Part shown: piece after piece, positions 21,767 to 34,151 of the stretch | How the letters are laid out: each line of letters begins with the position of its first letter | Position numbering within the stretch: position 1 is the first letter of the stretch | Source of the DNA: an uncultured Gemmatimonadales bacterium | GTDB taxonomy: Bacteria > Gemmatimonadota > Gemmatimonadetes > Gemmatimonadales > GWC2-71-9 | DNA: 64,000 nt | Direction: 5' to 3' | NCBI GenBank assembly: GCA_963828735.1 | Contig: CAWHFW010000004.1 | Location: 192,001 to 256,000 of the forward strand | Notes under the pieces: model-generated | Databases searched by the model: none | Told to the model about the DNA's origin: nothing | The model's input: only the letters and a program-made list of their open reading frames with translations | Position numbers and translations under genes: made by a program

Positions 21767-24534
21767 CCCCGGTGGTGCTCGAGCCGTTCGTCGCCGGGAT
21801 CGAGCTGCCCGAGTCGCCCGACCCGGTAGCGGCGAGCGCCGCGCACTATGCCAACGGGGTCGTTGACCTCCTGAGCGATTTGATGCTGCGACTGGTCCGG
21901 CAGCGCGCGCCCGACGTCGAGCCGGTGCTGCGGGGTCAGAAGGCGCCACACGAGCTGAGCGCCGAGCTGCTGGCCCGGACGCTCCAGGTGCAGGGAATCT
22001 GGTTCCAGCTCCTGAGCATCGCCGAGCAGAACGCGGCCATGCGGCGCCGCCGGCAGACCGAGGCCGAGCGCGGCTACGAGCTGGTCCGCGGGACGTTTGC
22101 GCAGGTCTTCTCGTCCGCGGTCGAGGCCAAGGTGCCGGCGGCCGACATTCGAGGGCTGCTCGAACGGCTCCGGGTCCGGCCGGTCATCACCGCGCATCCC
22201 ACCGAAGCCAAGCGCGTCACCGTCCTGGAGAAGCACCGGCGCATCTACCGCCGCCTCGTGGATCTCGAGTCCCCGCGCTGGACGCCGCGCGAGCGCCAAT
22301 CGCTGATCGACGGGCTCCGGAACGAAATCGAGCTGCTGTGGCTCACGGGAGAGCTGCGCCTCTCGAAGCCGACCGTGCCGCAGGAAGTGTTCTGGGGCCT
22401 GCACTTCTTCAACGAGACGTTGTTCGAGGCGGTGCCGGACCTGCTCGACAAGGTCGAGCGCACGCTGGCCCAGCACTATCCCGACGAGCGCTGGGTGGTC
22501 CCGCCGTTCTTCCAGTTCGGCTCCTGGATCGGCGGCGACCGCGACGGCAATCCCTTCGTCACCAACGACGTCACGCAGAGCACTCTGCTCGAGAACCGGC
22601 TCACGTCGCTCCGGCGATACCGGCGTCGGATCGATGAGCTGGTGCGCGCGCTCAGCATCACGGAGAAGGCCGTCCCGATCTCCGACCGGTTTCGGCGGGC
22701 TCTCGAGAAGGAGCTGGCCGAGACCGGGCGCGCGGAGGAGGTCGCGGCGCGGAATCCCGGGGAGGTCTTCCGGCAGTACCTGGGCTGCATGCTGGGCCGG
22801 ATCCAGGTCATGATCGAGCGGACGGAGCAGGGCTCCACCAAGCCCGACCCGGCCGGCTACGCCACGGCAGACGCCTTGCTCGCGGACCTCAAGCTGCTCG
22901 AGGACGAGCTGGGCCTTGCCGGCCGGCCCGAGATCGCACGGGCGCTGCTCACGCCGGTGCGACGCGAAGTGGAGTCGTTCCGGTTCAGCACCGTGCGGCT
23001 CGACGTGCGCGAGAACACAACCAAGCTGGGCGCCGCCCTGCGCGATCTCTGGCGGCTCGCTAACGGCGGCGACCCGCCCGAGGCCGGCTCCGAGGCGTGG
23101 CGGGCCTGGGTCGCCGCGGAGCTGGCGCGTCCGCTGGCTCCCGGCGCTCTCGCGCCGGCGCTCCCCGAAGCGACCGCGGAGACGCTAGGCATGTTTCAGC
23201 TCGTGCGACGGCTCCGCGACGAGATCGACCGTGAGGCCTTCGGCGCCTTCGTGCTCAGCATGACACAGAGCGTGAGCGACGTGCTCGGCGCGTACCTGCT
23301 GGCGAAGGTCAGTGGGTTGTTCGCCGACGCGCCCGGCGTGGAGAGCTGCACCCTGCCCATCGTGCCCCTGTTCGAGACGATCGACGATCTGCAGCGCGCT
23401 CCGACCATCATGCGAGACCTGCTGACGGTGCCATTGGTCAAGCGGAGCGTGCGGGCCCAGGGCGGCGTGCAAGAGGTGATGATCGGCTACTCCGACTCGA
23501 ACAAGGACGGCGGGTTCCTCACCTCGAACTGGGAGCTGTACAAGGCGCAGACCAAGCTGACCCGGGTCGGGAAGGAGTGCGGCGTGCCGATCGCCTTCTT
23601 CCACGGGCGGGGCGGCTCGGTGAGTCGCGGCGGCGCGCCGACGGGGCGCGCGATCGCGGCCCAGCCTGCGGGCTCGATCCGGGGACGCATGCGGATCACC
23701 GAGCAGGGCGAGGTGGTCTCGTTCAAGTACGCCAACCGCGGCACCGCCCAGTATCAGATCGAGCTGTTGGCCTCGAGCGTCGTCGAACATTCGCTCAAGT
23801 CCGAGCGGGAAGAGGCCCTCGCCCCCACGGCGGAATTCGACGAGGCGATGGAGGCCTTGAGCGGCGCGGCTCAGGCGGCGTATCGGCGCCTGGTGGACCA
23901 CCCCGATCTCCTGCCGTATTACCAGTCGGCGAGCCCGCTCGAAGAGATCTCGCTCCTCAATCTCGGCTCACGCCCCGCGAGGCGCTTCGGCGCGCGCTCC
24001 CTGGGTGATCTCCGCGCGATCCCCTGGGTGTTCGCCTGGTCCCAGAATCGCCACTTCGTGCCGGGATGGTACGGGGTCGGGAGCGGCATCCTCACGTTTC
24101 TGCAGGTGCGCGGGCAACGGGGCGCCGCGCTGATCCAGCGCATGTCCACCGAGTCGCGGCTGTTTCGTTTGATCGCGGATGAGGTCGAGAAGACGCTGTG
24201 CTACGTGGATCTCGAAACAGCCAGGGAGTACGCCGCGCTGGTGCCGGACGAGCGCGCGCGCGACGCGATCTTCCCGATGATCGAGGAGGAGTACCATCGG
24301 ACCGTCGAGGCGGTGCTTCGGATCAGCGGCGGTCCGGAGCTGGCGCACCGGTTTCCCCGCTTCCGTCGCAAGCTGGCCCGACGTCTCCCGACCCTGAACC
24401 AGATCTCCCGGCAGCAGATCGAGCTGCTCCGGCGCTTCCGGGAAACGGGCGGGGACACGTCCCAGGAGGAACTGCTCTCGGCGCTACTCCTGTCCATCAA
24501 CTGCATCGCGGCGGGGTTCGGGGCGACAGGGTAA
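21763..24534 (+). CDS. ppc: Phosphoenolpyruvate carboxylase
   Basis: ITAHPTE, GSWIGGDRDGNPFV, QEVMIGYSDSNKDGG, FHGRGGSVSRGG and LRAIPWVFAWSQNR motifs. Confidence 0.97.
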   Translation: MTPVVLEPFVAGIELPESPDPVAASAAHYANGVVDLLSDLMLRLVRQRAPDVEPVLRGQKAPHELSAELLARTLQVQGIWFQLLSIAEQNAAMRRRRQTEAERGYELVRGTFAQVFSSAVEAKVPAADIRGLLERLRVRPVITAHPTEAKRVTVLEKHRRIYRRLVDLESPRWTPRERQSLIDGLRNEIELLWLTGELRLSKPTVPQEVFWGLHFFNETLFEAVPDLLDKVERTLAQHYPDERWVVPPFFQFGSWIGGDRDGNPFVTNDVTQSTLLENRLTSLRRYRRRIDELVRALSITEKAVPISDRFRRALEKELAETGRAEEVAARNPGEVFRQYLGCMLGRIQVMIERTEQGSTKPDPAGYATADALLADLKLLEDELGLAGRPEIARALLTPVRREVESFRFSTVRLDVRENTTKLGAALRDLWRLANGGDPPEAGSEAWRAWVAAELARPLAPGALAPALPEATAETLGMFQLVRRLRDEIDREAFGAFVLSMTQSVSDVLGAYLLAKVSGLFADAPGVESCTLPIVPLFETIDDLQRAPTIMRDLLTVPLVKRSVRAQGGVQEVMIGYSDSNKDGGFLTSNWELYKAQTKLTRVGKECGVPIAFFHGRGGSVSRGGAPTGRAIAAQPAGSIRGRMRITEQGEVVSFKYANRGTAQYQIELLASSVVEHSLKSEREEALAPTAEFDEAMEALSGAAQAAYRRLVDHPDLLPYYQSASPLEEISLLNLGSRPARRFGARSLGDLRAIPWVFAWSQNRHFVPGWYGVGSGILTFLQVRGQRGAALIQRMSTESRLFRLIADEVEKTLCYVDLETAREYAALVPDERARDAIFPMIEEEYHRTVEAVLRISGGPELAHRFPRFRRKLARRLPTLNQISRQQIELLRRFRETGGDTSQEELLSALLLSINCIAAGFGATG

Positions 24535-24566
24535 GACGGCGGAACCGCTGGGGCCAGCCTCAACGA

Positions 24567-24599
24567 GAAGGGGCCATGCGTGCGACGCATGGCCCCTTC
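24567..24599. terminator. Hairpin between convergent ppc and rlmN (probably bidirectional terminator)
   Basis: Perfect 15-bp inverted repeat GAAGGGGCCATGCGT-GCG-ACGCATGGCCCCTTC. Confidence 0.75.
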
Positions 24600-24644
24600 G
24601 CTTCGCTCGGCCGGGCTCACTTCCCGGCGACGCTCGGCACGCGT

Positions 24645-25736
24645 CTACTCGGGCTGACCGACCCCGGCCGCCGCTTGGCGCTTCCGCTCCGTCGCCACCC
24701 GGAGCTGCCCGCACGCGGCATCGATGTCGAGCCCGCGACTCCTTCGCACCGTGGCCTCGACGCCTTGGTTGCGCAGGCGGCCCGCGAAGGCGCGGATGCG
24801 GTCGGGGCCCGTGGGCGTCAGGTCCGGTGCGCCGCCAGGATGGAGCGGAAGGATGTTAACCAGCGCTCCGAGGCCCCGGGCGAGCTTGGCGAGCCGGTCG
24901 GCATCGGCGTCGCGATCGTTGACCCCGCCGATCATCACGTATTCGAAGGTCACCCGCTTCCTGAACGCCCCCGCGGCGCGGAGCACGGCCGCGAGGTCGT
25001 ATTTCTTCTCGATCGGCATGATGCCCAGCCGCTGCGGCGACGTGGTCGCATGCAGCGAGATGGCGAGGCGGAACTGCTCGGGACGCCGGGCGAAGGCCTC
25101 GAGCCCCGGCAGGATCCCCACGGTCGAGACCGTGATGTGGCGAGCACCGATCCCGAGGCCGTCGGGAGAGTTGAGGATCGTGAGCGCCGTGTCCACCGCG
25201 GGCCAGTTGAGCAGGGGCTCGCCCATGCCCATGAAGACGACATTGGTCGGCACGTCGTCCGGATTCCTGAGCACGATCTCGCGCACCTGTCCCACGATCT
25301 CGAACGCGGAGAGGTTGCGCCGAAAGCCCATCCGACCCGTCGCGCAGAACGAGCAGCGCAGCGCGCAGCCCGCCTGTGACGAGATGCAAAGCGTCCGTCG
25401 CGATCCTGAGGGAATGAGCACCGATTCGATCGCCTCGCCGTCCGCGAGCCGCCAGAGGAACTTTCGGGTGCCGTCCTCCGAGAGCTGCTCCACCTCCGCG
25501 GTCAGTCGGCCCAGCGGAAAGGCACGCTCCAGTTCGTCGCGAAGCGCGAGGGGCAGGTCGGTGGCCTCACGCCACGTACTGACCGGCGCCTGCCACAGAC
25601 GGCGGAAGATCTGGCTCACCCGGTAGGCCGGCAGGCCCTTGCCTCGGACCCAGGCGGCCAGGTCCCCGCGGGCGGCGGCCGGCGGCCGGTCGAGGAGATC
25701 TGGCGCCGGAGAAGATGGCTGAGAGGCGATGCTCAT
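24645..25736 (-). CDS. rlmN: 23S rRNA (adenine2503-C2)-methyltransferase
   Basis: CISSQAGCALRCSFCATG, VFMGMGEP and RGLDIDAACGQL motifs. Confidence 0.96.
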   Translation of the reverse strand: MSIASQPSSPAPDLLDRPPAAARGDLAAWVRGKGLPAYRVSQIFRRLWQAPVSTWREATDLPLALRDELERAFPLGRLTAEVEQLSEDGTRKFLWRLADGEAIESVLIPSGSRRTLCISSQAGCALRCSFCATGRMGFRRNLSAFEIVGQVREIVLRNPDDVPTNVVFMGMGEPLLNWPAVDTALTILNSPDGLGIGARHITVSTVGILPGLEAFARRPEQFRLAISLHATTSPQRLGIMPIEKKYDLAAVLRAAGAFRKRVTFEYVMIGGVNDRDADADRLAKLARGLGALVNILPLHPGGAPDLTPTGPDRIRAFAGRLRNQGVEATVRRSRGLDIDAACGQLRVATERKRQAAAGVGQPE

Positions 25737-25947
25737 CGTGTTGAAAACTAACATCATAGCCGGCCGACGTGTGGCTCCGTCCGAACCGGGACGCCAAGGC
25801 CGAGCGGGCCCGGCGCCCCGCCGGAGAACCACCCCGCGGGATCCCCGTGGACACCCCTGCGCAAGGAGCCTAACTCCCGTTCATTCCTCGCATTGCTCCC
25901 CCTCTGGCCGCCGGTTACGTTTGTCCAATGCACCGCCTAGCCGTGCT

Positions 25948-26403
25948 GTGCTCCTGACCGAGTTGCTCTCGCCGGACCGGGTGGTGGTGCCGCTGCTGGC
26001 CGATGACAGGCAGACAGCCATCGCAACGCTCACGCGCAAGCTCGCCGAGCTGGCGGGCGCCGGGTATGACGAGGTGCTGGACGCGGTGCTCGAGCGCGAG
26101 TCCGTCCAGAGCACCGGTATAGGCTTCGGCGTCGCCATTCCGCACGGTCGGTGCGCCGCGGTCCGCGAGCTCACCATGGTGGCCGGGGTGAGTCCCGCGC
26201 CCGTGCCGTTCGACGCGATCGACGGGGAGCCGGTGCGGCTGTTCTTCCTCATCGTCGGCCCCGAGGCATCCGCCGGGCTGCACGTCAAGATCCTGAGTCG
26301 AATCGCCCGCCTGGTCCGCCGAGATACGGTGCGCCAGCAACTGGTCGAGGCCACCACCGCCGATGCGTTCTACAACGTCATCCTCGACGCCGAAGCGCGT
26401 TGA
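25948..26403 (+). CDS. PTS EIIA component (PtsN/Fru family)
   Basis: ERESVQSTGIGFGVAIPHG and FDAIDGEPVRLFF motifs. Confidence 0.9.
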   Translation: MLLTELLSPDRVVVPLLADDRQTAIATLTRKLAELAGAGYDEVLDAVLERESVQSTGIGFGVAIPHGRCAAVRELTMVAGVSPAPVPFDAIDGEPVRLFFLIVGPEASAGLHVKILSRIARLVRRDTVRQQLVEATTADAFYNVILDAEAR

Positions 26404-26437
26404 CCACATCTCCTTTCCGCGTCCATTGGCCGGTAGC

Positions 26438-28207
<1,770 letters not shown>

Positions 28208-28210
28208 CCC

Positions 28211-29164
28211 ATGGCAGACGACAGTCACCATCGCCTATCGGCCGAAGGCGCCGATCCGCTCCTCTTCGCGGGCGTCAACGACGCGAACCTGCTCGAGCTC
28301 CAACGGAGCCTCGGGGTCCGCGTGTCGTTCCGCGGGGATGCCGTCACCCTGACCGGCACGACCGAGCAGCTGGAGCGGGCCACGCCCGTCGTGCAAGGGT
28401 TGCTGGACCTCGCCCGGATGGGCGAGCCGGTGTCGCCCGACGACGTCGCCCGCCTCGCGGCGGAGGGACCTCCGGGCGAGCTCCCGGCCCAGCCCAGCGA
28501 CGGGAAGATCGTGCTGCCGGGCCTTCGCCGGGCCATCGTGCCGAAGACGCAGGGCCAGCGCGACTACCTGCAGGCGATCAGCAATCACGACATCGTGGTC
28601 GGGATCGGCCCAGCGGGCACGGGCAAGACGTACCTTGCCGTCGCCAAGGCGATCGAGGCCCTCGCGCGGAAGCGCGTGAAGCGGATCATCCTGGCCCGGC
28701 CCGCGGTCGAGGCCGGCGAATCGCTCGGCTTCCTGCCGGGAGATCTGCAGGCCAAGGTGGATCCCTACCTGCGGCCCCTGTACGACGCGCTGGAAGACAT
28801 GATGCCGCATGACCGGGTGCAGCGGGCGCTCGAGACGCGAACCATCGAGATCGCACCGTTGGCGTACATGCGCGGCCGCACGCTCGCCGACGCCTTCATC
28901 ATTCTCGACGAGGCGCAGAACGCCACCGGCGCGCAGATGAAGATGTTCCTCACCCGGCTCGGCGTGAACAGCAAGACCGTCGTGACCGGCGACAAGACGC
29001 AGATCGATCTGCCCAAGCGCGAGGACTCGGGCCTGGTGCAGGTGGAGCGGGTGCTGCCGGGCATCGAAGGAATCGCCTTCTGCTACCTGCACGAGGCCGA
29101 CGTGGTGCGGCACCGCCTCGTGCGCGAGATCATCAAGGCCTATGCGGAGGATCAGATCGGTTGA
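28211..29164 (+). CDS. phoH: PhoH-family ATPase
   Basis: [26 protein letters not shown] and AYMRGRTL motifs. Confidence 0.95.
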   Translation: MADDSHHRLSAEGADPLLFAGVNDANLLELQRSLGVRVSFRGDAVTLTGTTEQLERATPVVQGLLDLARMGEPVSPDDVARLAAEGPPGELPAQPSDGKIVLPGLRRAIVPKTQGQRDYLQAISNHDIVVGIGPAGTGKTYLAVAKAIEALARKRVKRIILARPAVEAGESLGFLPGDLQAKVDPYLRPLYDALEDMMPHDRVQRALETRTIEIAPLAYMRGRTLADAFIILDEAQNATGAQMKMFLTRLGVNSKTVVTGDKTQIDLPKREDSGLVQVERVLPGIEGIAFCYLHEADVVRHRLVREIIKAYAEDQIG

Positions 29165-31362
29165 TGGCCCGCCGGGAGGCGTTTCACGGCCCCACTGGGG
29201 AAACGCTGTCCGACCGGATCCGCTACCATGCCATCCGGTGGCTGCCGCTGCTCGCGACGGCCCTGGTCACGTACGCGCTGTTCCCGCCGCCGGCCGCCGT
29301 CCTGTCCCGCGTTCCCGACGTCGGTCAGCGTGCCGAGCGCACCGTCGTGGCACCGTTCCCGTATCAGGTGCGCAAGTCCACCGACGAGCTGGCCCGGGAG
29401 GGCGAGGCTCGCGCGATGACGGCGCAGCCGGTGTATCGCTTCAGCCCCACCGCGTACGACTCAGCCATTGCCGCCACGCGGGATTTCTTCGCCGACCTCG
29501 ACCGTGCCGGCACTCAGAACCCCGAGCTCATGCGTGCCGTGGCCGCGACGCAGGCCCATCTCGGTCCGGAGGAGACCCGGTTCCTCGCGGATTCGGCCAA
29601 TCGCCGGGCCATGCGCGAGCTCGTGACGCACTTCCTGGGCGAGTCGCTGTCGCACGGCGTCGCCGACGCGGGCGTGATTCGCGGCGAGGCGAGCCGGCAG
29701 ATCACCCTGCGCCGCAACGACGCGGAGCGCGTGGTGGCGCGCGACTCGATCCTCACGTTCGCCGATCTCATGGAGCAGGCCGAGGTCGCCGGCATCGTCG
29801 TCGAGGATCCCGTGGGCCAGCGGACCCTCCGGCGCCTGGTGGGCGCGTTCTACCACCCGACCATCGTGCCCGACCCGTTGCTCACGAGCGCGCGCCGCGA
29901 GCAGCTGCGGGCGAGCATCGACCCGGTGCGCTTCGGCGTCCGCTCGGGCGAGCGGATCGTGTCCTCGGGCCAGGCCGTGAGCGAGGAGCAGCGGGCCAAG
30001 CTCATCGCGCTGCACCAGGAGCTCGAGCGGCGCGGCTCCCAGGAATTCTGGACTCAGGGTGCCGTCGGCGGGTTCCTGTACAACGCCCTCGTGCTGAGCG
30101 CCTTCTGGCTGCTGTTGGTGTTCTACCGGCCCGAGACGTACGCGGAAGTCCGCGAGATGGCCTTCTTCGGCGGCCTCCTCACGCTGGTCGTGTTGATCAC
30201 CGCGGGGACGACGCAGCTGCTGCCGATCCGGCCGGAGATGGTTCCCATCCCGTTCGCCGCGATCCTGGTGACCCTCCTCTACAACGGCCGCATCGGGGTA
30301 TTCGCGGCGCTGACACTCGCGGTGCTTCTGGATGGCCAGTGGGAGCTGCGCGAGACCGGCATTCTCTTCTTCGGCCTCATGGGCGGCGTCGCGGGGGCCA
30401 TCGGCATCCGGGCGGTCCGGCGCCGGCGGCATCTCTACGTCACGGTCGCGGTGGTGGCGGGCGCGAGCATGCTGGCCTCGCTGACCATCGGCCTCATGCA
30501 GGGATGGGGGACGATCACCATCGTGGCGAGCGCGTTCCTGGGTGTGCTCATGGCGCTGGCGAGCGCCGCGCTCGCGATGCTCGTCACGCCTCTCGCCGAG
30601 TCGGCGACCCGCATCACGACGGATCTCACGCTGCTCGAGCTTTCCGACCTGGGCCGGCCGCTCCTCCGCCGCCTCGCGCTCGAAGCGCCGGGCACGTGGG
30701 CGCACAGTCTGGCGATGGCCAACCTCTGCGAGTCCGCCTGCAACATCATCGGAGCGAACGGGCTGCTCGCGCGCGTCGGCTGCTATTACCATGACATCGG
30801 CAAGCTGACGGCGCCCGGGTTCTTCGTCGAGAACCAGGGCGGGGGACCGAATCCGCACGATCAGCTCCCTCCCGCCGAATCCGCGCGCATCATCCGGCAG
30901 CACGTGCTCGACGGCATCGCCCTGGCCGAAACGGCGGGCCTCCCGCCCATCGTACGGTCGTTCATTCCGGAGCATCACGGGACCACGGAGATCAGCTACT
31001 TCCTCGTGCGCGCCCGGCGGGCCTCGCCGAACGGCTTGCCCAACCCATCCGACTACCGCTATCCCGGTCCGCGCCCGCAGCGCGCCGAGACGGCGGTCGC
31101 CATGCTCGCGGACTCCGCCGAGGCCGCCATCCGCGTGCTGCCCGATCCCACGCCCGACAAGGTGCGCGAGGCGATCGATCTCCTGGTGCAGCAGAAGCTC
31201 GCCTCGGGACAGCTCGAGGACGCGCCGCTCACCCTGCGCGACATCGACCGGGTGAAGCGCGAATTCGCCCGCGTGATGTCGGGCACCTACCACAAGCGCA
31301 TCGGGTATCCCCGTGCCAGCGGCGGCATCACGTCGGAATTCCAGACCGCCGAGCGGCAGTGA
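29164..31362 (+). CDS. 7TM-HD (HDIG) phosphohydrolase, PgpH-like
   Basis: TM helix, extracellular domain, multiple TM helices, then APGTWAHS, YYHDIGK, EHHGT, YRYPGPRPQ and MLADS; phoH-ybeY context. Confidence 0.9.
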   Translation: MARREAFHGPTGETLSDRIRYHAIRWLPLLATALVTYALFPPPAAVLSRVPDVGQRAERTVVAPFPYQVRKSTDELAREGEARAMTAQPVYRFSPTAYDSAIAATRDFFADLDRAGTQNPELMRAVAATQAHLGPEETRFLADSANRRAMRELVTHFLGESLSHGVADAGVIRGEASRQITLRRNDAERVVARDSILTFADLMEQAEVAGIVVEDPVGQRTLRRLVGAFYHPTIVPDPLLTSARREQLRASIDPVRFGVRSGERIVSSGQAVSEEQRAKLIALHQELERRGSQEFWTQGAVGGFLYNALVLSAFWLLLVFYRPETYAEVREMAFFGGLLTLVVLITAGTTQLLPIRPEMVPIPFAAILVTLLYNGRIGVFAALTLAVLLDGQWELRETGILFFGLMGGVAGAIGIRAVRRRRHLYVTVAVVAGASMLASLTIGLMQGWGTITIVASAFLGVLMALASAALAMLVTPLAESATRITTDLTLLELSDLGRPLLRRLALEAPGTWAHSLAMANLCESACNIIGANGLLARVGCYYHDIGKLTAPGFFVENQGGGPNPHDQLPPAESARIIRQHVLDGIALAETAGLPPIVRSFIPEHHGTTEISYFLVRARRASPNGLPNPSDYRYPGPRPQRAETAVAMLADSAEAAIRVLPDPTPDKVREAIDLLVQQKLASGQLEDAPLTLRDIDRVKREFARVMSGTYHKRIGYPRASGGITSEFQTAERQ

Positions 31363-31369
31363 CGTCGCC

Positions 31370-31771
31370 GTGAGCGGACGTCGCATGCCCCTCCCGGGGA
31401 CGCTGGTGCGCCGGGTGGTCGAGACCGTGCTCGCGGGAGAGCGTCGCCGCGCCCTGGTCTCGATCACCTTTCTCGGCCGCGACGCCATGCGGCGGCTGAA
31501 TGCCAGCCACACCGGGCACGATCGGCCGACCGACGTCCTCAGCTTCGCCCTGACCGACCCGTCGGGCGCCACCGTGGGCGACGTCTACGTCTGCGCATGG
31601 GTCGCCCGACGTGAGGCGCGGACCCGCCGCATTCCGCTGCGCGAGGAGCTGATTCGCCTCGTCGTGCACGGCACGCTGCACGCCCTCGGCCGCGACCATC
31701 CCGAGGGCGAGCGCCGCACCACCTCGCCCATGTGGCGGCGGCAGGAGCGGTACGTGGACGCGCTCGCATGA
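31370..31771 (+). CDS. ybeY: rRNA maturation endoribonuclease YbeY
   Basis: PTDVLSF and HGTLHALGRDH zinc motif. Confidence 0.93.
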   Translation: MSGRRMPLPGTLVRRVVETVLAGERRRALVSITFLGRDAMRRLNASHTGHDRPTDVLSFALTDPSGATVGDVYVCAWVARREARTRRIPLREELIRLVVHGTLHALGRDHPEGERRTTSPMWRRQERYVDALA

Positions 31772-32964
31772 TGGCCATGCTGCAGCTTTTCATCGCCCCG
31801 CTGGTCGCGGCGGGGCTCACGCTCTGGGCGGCATGGCTCGCGCTCGCGGCGGAGTCGGACGCGGACCTGCCGCGGGCGCTCGGCGGGGAGTTCTCCACCG
31901 AGACCGGGGCAGGGACGCTCTCTCGCAATCTGCATGTGGCGCACCTGGCGCTCCTCGTGCTCGCCGGCGCCGCGGCGGGCGGCGCGGTAGCCTGGTGGGC
32001 GCGGCCGCCCGCGGCCGGCCTCGTCCGCCTGACGCTCGCGGTCGGGTTGGTGTGGGTCTTGGGCGACTTGCTCCCGCGACTCCTCGCGGCCGTGGCGCCC
32101 GAGCTCACGGCGCCCGCGAGGCGCGCCGCCGCGGCGACGATGGCGCCGTTCCGGCCGCTCCTCAGGCTCGCGGCCTGGGCCGACACCCGAGCGCGCATGG
32201 CCGCGCCGAGCCAGGCGGCCCATCACGCCGGCGCCGCCGAGCGCGACATGCTTCTCGGCGTCTTCTCCCTGTCCGACACCACGGTGGCGGAGGTGATGAC
32301 GCCGCGGATCGACGTCATCGCCGTCGATTCGTCGGCCGATCGCGAGGAAGTGACCGACACGCTCCGGAGCTCGGAGCACGCGCGCCTCCTCGTCTACGAC
32401 GGGCACCCGGACGCGGTGGCCGGCGTCATCTACGCGAAGGACATCCTGGCCGCGCGCCCGGAAAATGAGACGCCGTGGCAGACGCTCATTCGCCCCGCGG
32501 CGTTCGTGCCCGAGGGCAAGCCGCTGGACCGGCAGCTCCGCGACTTTCAGCGTGGTCCGAGCCATCTGGCGGTGGTGGTGGACGAGTTCGGCGGGACCGC
32601 CGGGCTGGTCACGCTGGAGGACATTCTCGAGCAGATCGTCGGCGAGATCCAGGACGAGCGCGACATCGACGAGGTCGTCCCGATCCAGGTGGTCGCCGAG
32701 GACCAGCTCCGCGTCGAGGGCGGCGTGGCGCTGTCCGAGCTCGAGGGCGTCCTCGGTCACAGCTTCGACCGGGAGGACGTGAGCACGGTCGGGGGGCTGG
32801 TGCTCGCAGAGTTCGGTCGGGTGCCGCGCACCGGCGAGGTGATCGACCTCGACGGTTATCGACTCATCGTGGAGCAGGTGATCCGGCGCCGGGTGCGACG
32901 CGTCGCGGTGTATCGGCCGCCCGTGGAAGCTCCTCTCACCGCGGCCGACCGGGTGCTGCCGTGA
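31768..32964 (+). CDS. Hemolysin/CorC-family CBS-pair protein
   Basis: TM N-terminus, EVMTPRID, VVVDEFGGTAGLVTLEDILEQIVGEI and a C-terminal CorC_HlyC domain. Confidence 0.9.
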   Translation: MMAMLQLFIAPLVAAGLTLWAAWLALAAESDADLPRALGGEFSTETGAGTLSRNLHVAHLALLVLAGAAAGGAVAWWARPPAAGLVRLTLAVGLVWVLGDLLPRLLAAVAPELTAPARRAAAATMAPFRPLLRLAAWADTRARMAAPSQAAHHAGAAERDMLLGVFSLSDTTVAEVMTPRIDVIAVDSSADREEVTDTLRSSEHARLLVYDGHPDAVAGVIYAKDILAARPENETPWQTLIRPAAFVPEGKPLDRQLRDFQRGPSHLAVVVDEFGGTAGLVTLEDILEQIVGEIQDERDIDEVVPIQVVAEDQLRVEGGVALSELEGVLGHSFDREDVSTVGGLVLAEFGRVPRTGEVIDLDGYRLIVEQVIRRRVRRVAVYRPPVEAPLTAADRVLP

Positions 32965-34151
32965 CCTGGGTGGCCATCGTGGTCGGCGTGATGGTGGCCG
33001 CGTTCGGCGCGACCGCCGGGGCGGCGCTGATCACGGTGAGCCGTGCGGAGCTCACCCGCGCCGTGAGTCGGCGTCTCCGCGGCGCGGCCCCATCGCTCGC
33101 GTGGCTCTCCAGGGTCGACAACTATCTCACCGCGGCGTCCGCCACGACGTCCCTCGGCGTCCTGATCGTCGGCGCGACGCTGCCCGCGCTCGCGGGCTCG
33201 GGCGCGCCTCGCGTGATCGTCACCCTCGCCATCCTCGGCGTGCCGCTGGTGCTCGTCGCGGCCTACCTCGTGCCCCGACGGTTGACCCAGCCCCGCGCGG
33301 AAACGGTGGCTGACCGCGTCATCCCGGTGCTCCGCCTCTGGTCCCGCGTCATCGGCCTGCTGCTGCCGGCCCGGACCGCCACGCGGCCAACTGATCTGCG
33401 ATCGATCTGGCGCGAGGGCGCGGCGGTCGGTCTTCGGGCCGACGACGAGCTGTTCCTCGTGGGCGGCGTCATGGCGTTCAGCGTGCGGCCGGTGCGCGAG
33501 GTGATGACGCCGCGCACGGAAATCGTCGCCATCGACGAGCACGCGGCGCTCGATGACATCCGCATGGTCTTCGCCCAGAGCGGCTACAGCCGGATCCCGG
33601 TCTATCGCGAGACACTCGACGACATCATCGGGATGCTGCACGCGTTCGACCTGTTTCGCCTTCAGCCCGGTGATCCGCTGCCGGTGCGTCCGCTGGCGGT
33701 GACGCCGGCCAGCCGAGACTGCGGCGACCTGCTGCTCGACATGCAGCGCGAGCGCCGCCACCTGGCCGTGGTGCTGGACGAGTTCGGCGGCACGCTCGGG
33801 ATCGCCACGCTGGAGGACCTGCTCGAGGAGCTGGTCGGCGAGATCTTCGACGAGCACGACGACGAAGTCCGCGCCTCGCCGACCAGCGGGCCCGCGCTCT
33901 TCGAGACCGACGGCAACGTCTCGCCCGAGGCCATCGAGGAGCAGTTCGGCGTGTCGCTCCCCGAGGGCCGTTCCAGCACGGTGGCGGGACTGCTGGCCGA
34001 GTGGGCCGGGCGCATCCCGAACGCGGGCGAGCGCTTCACCGTGCGCGGCCTCGAGTTCGACGTGCTGCAGGCCTCCCCCACCCGCATCGAGCGAATGCTG
34101 ATCCGCTCCGGCGCGGCCTCTCCCGTGACGCTCCTGCCGAGCGGTTCGTGA
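32961..34151 (+). CDS. Hemolysin/CorC-family CBS-pair protein (second paralog)
   Basis: EVMTPRTE, GYSRIPVY and VLDEFGGTLGIATLEDLLEELVGEI motifs. Confidence 0.9.
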   Translation: MTWVAIVVGVMVAAFGATAGAALITVSRAELTRAVSRRLRGAAPSLAWLSRVDNYLTAASATTSLGVLIVGATLPALAGSGAPRVIVTLAILGVPLVLVAAYLVPRRLTQPRAETVADRVIPVLRLWSRVIGLLLPARTATRPTDLRSIWREGAAVGLRADDELFLVGGVMAFSVRPVREVMTPRTEIVAIDEHAALDDIRMVFAQSGYSRIPVYRETLDDIIGMLHAFDLFRLQPGDPLPVRPLAVTPASRDCGDLLLDMQRERRHLAVVLDEFGGTLGIATLEDLLEELVGEIFDEHDDEVRASPTSGPALFETDGNVSPEAIEEQFGVSLPEGRSSTVAGLLAEWAGRIPNAGERFTVRGLEFDVLQASPTRIERMLIRSGAASPVTLLPSGS

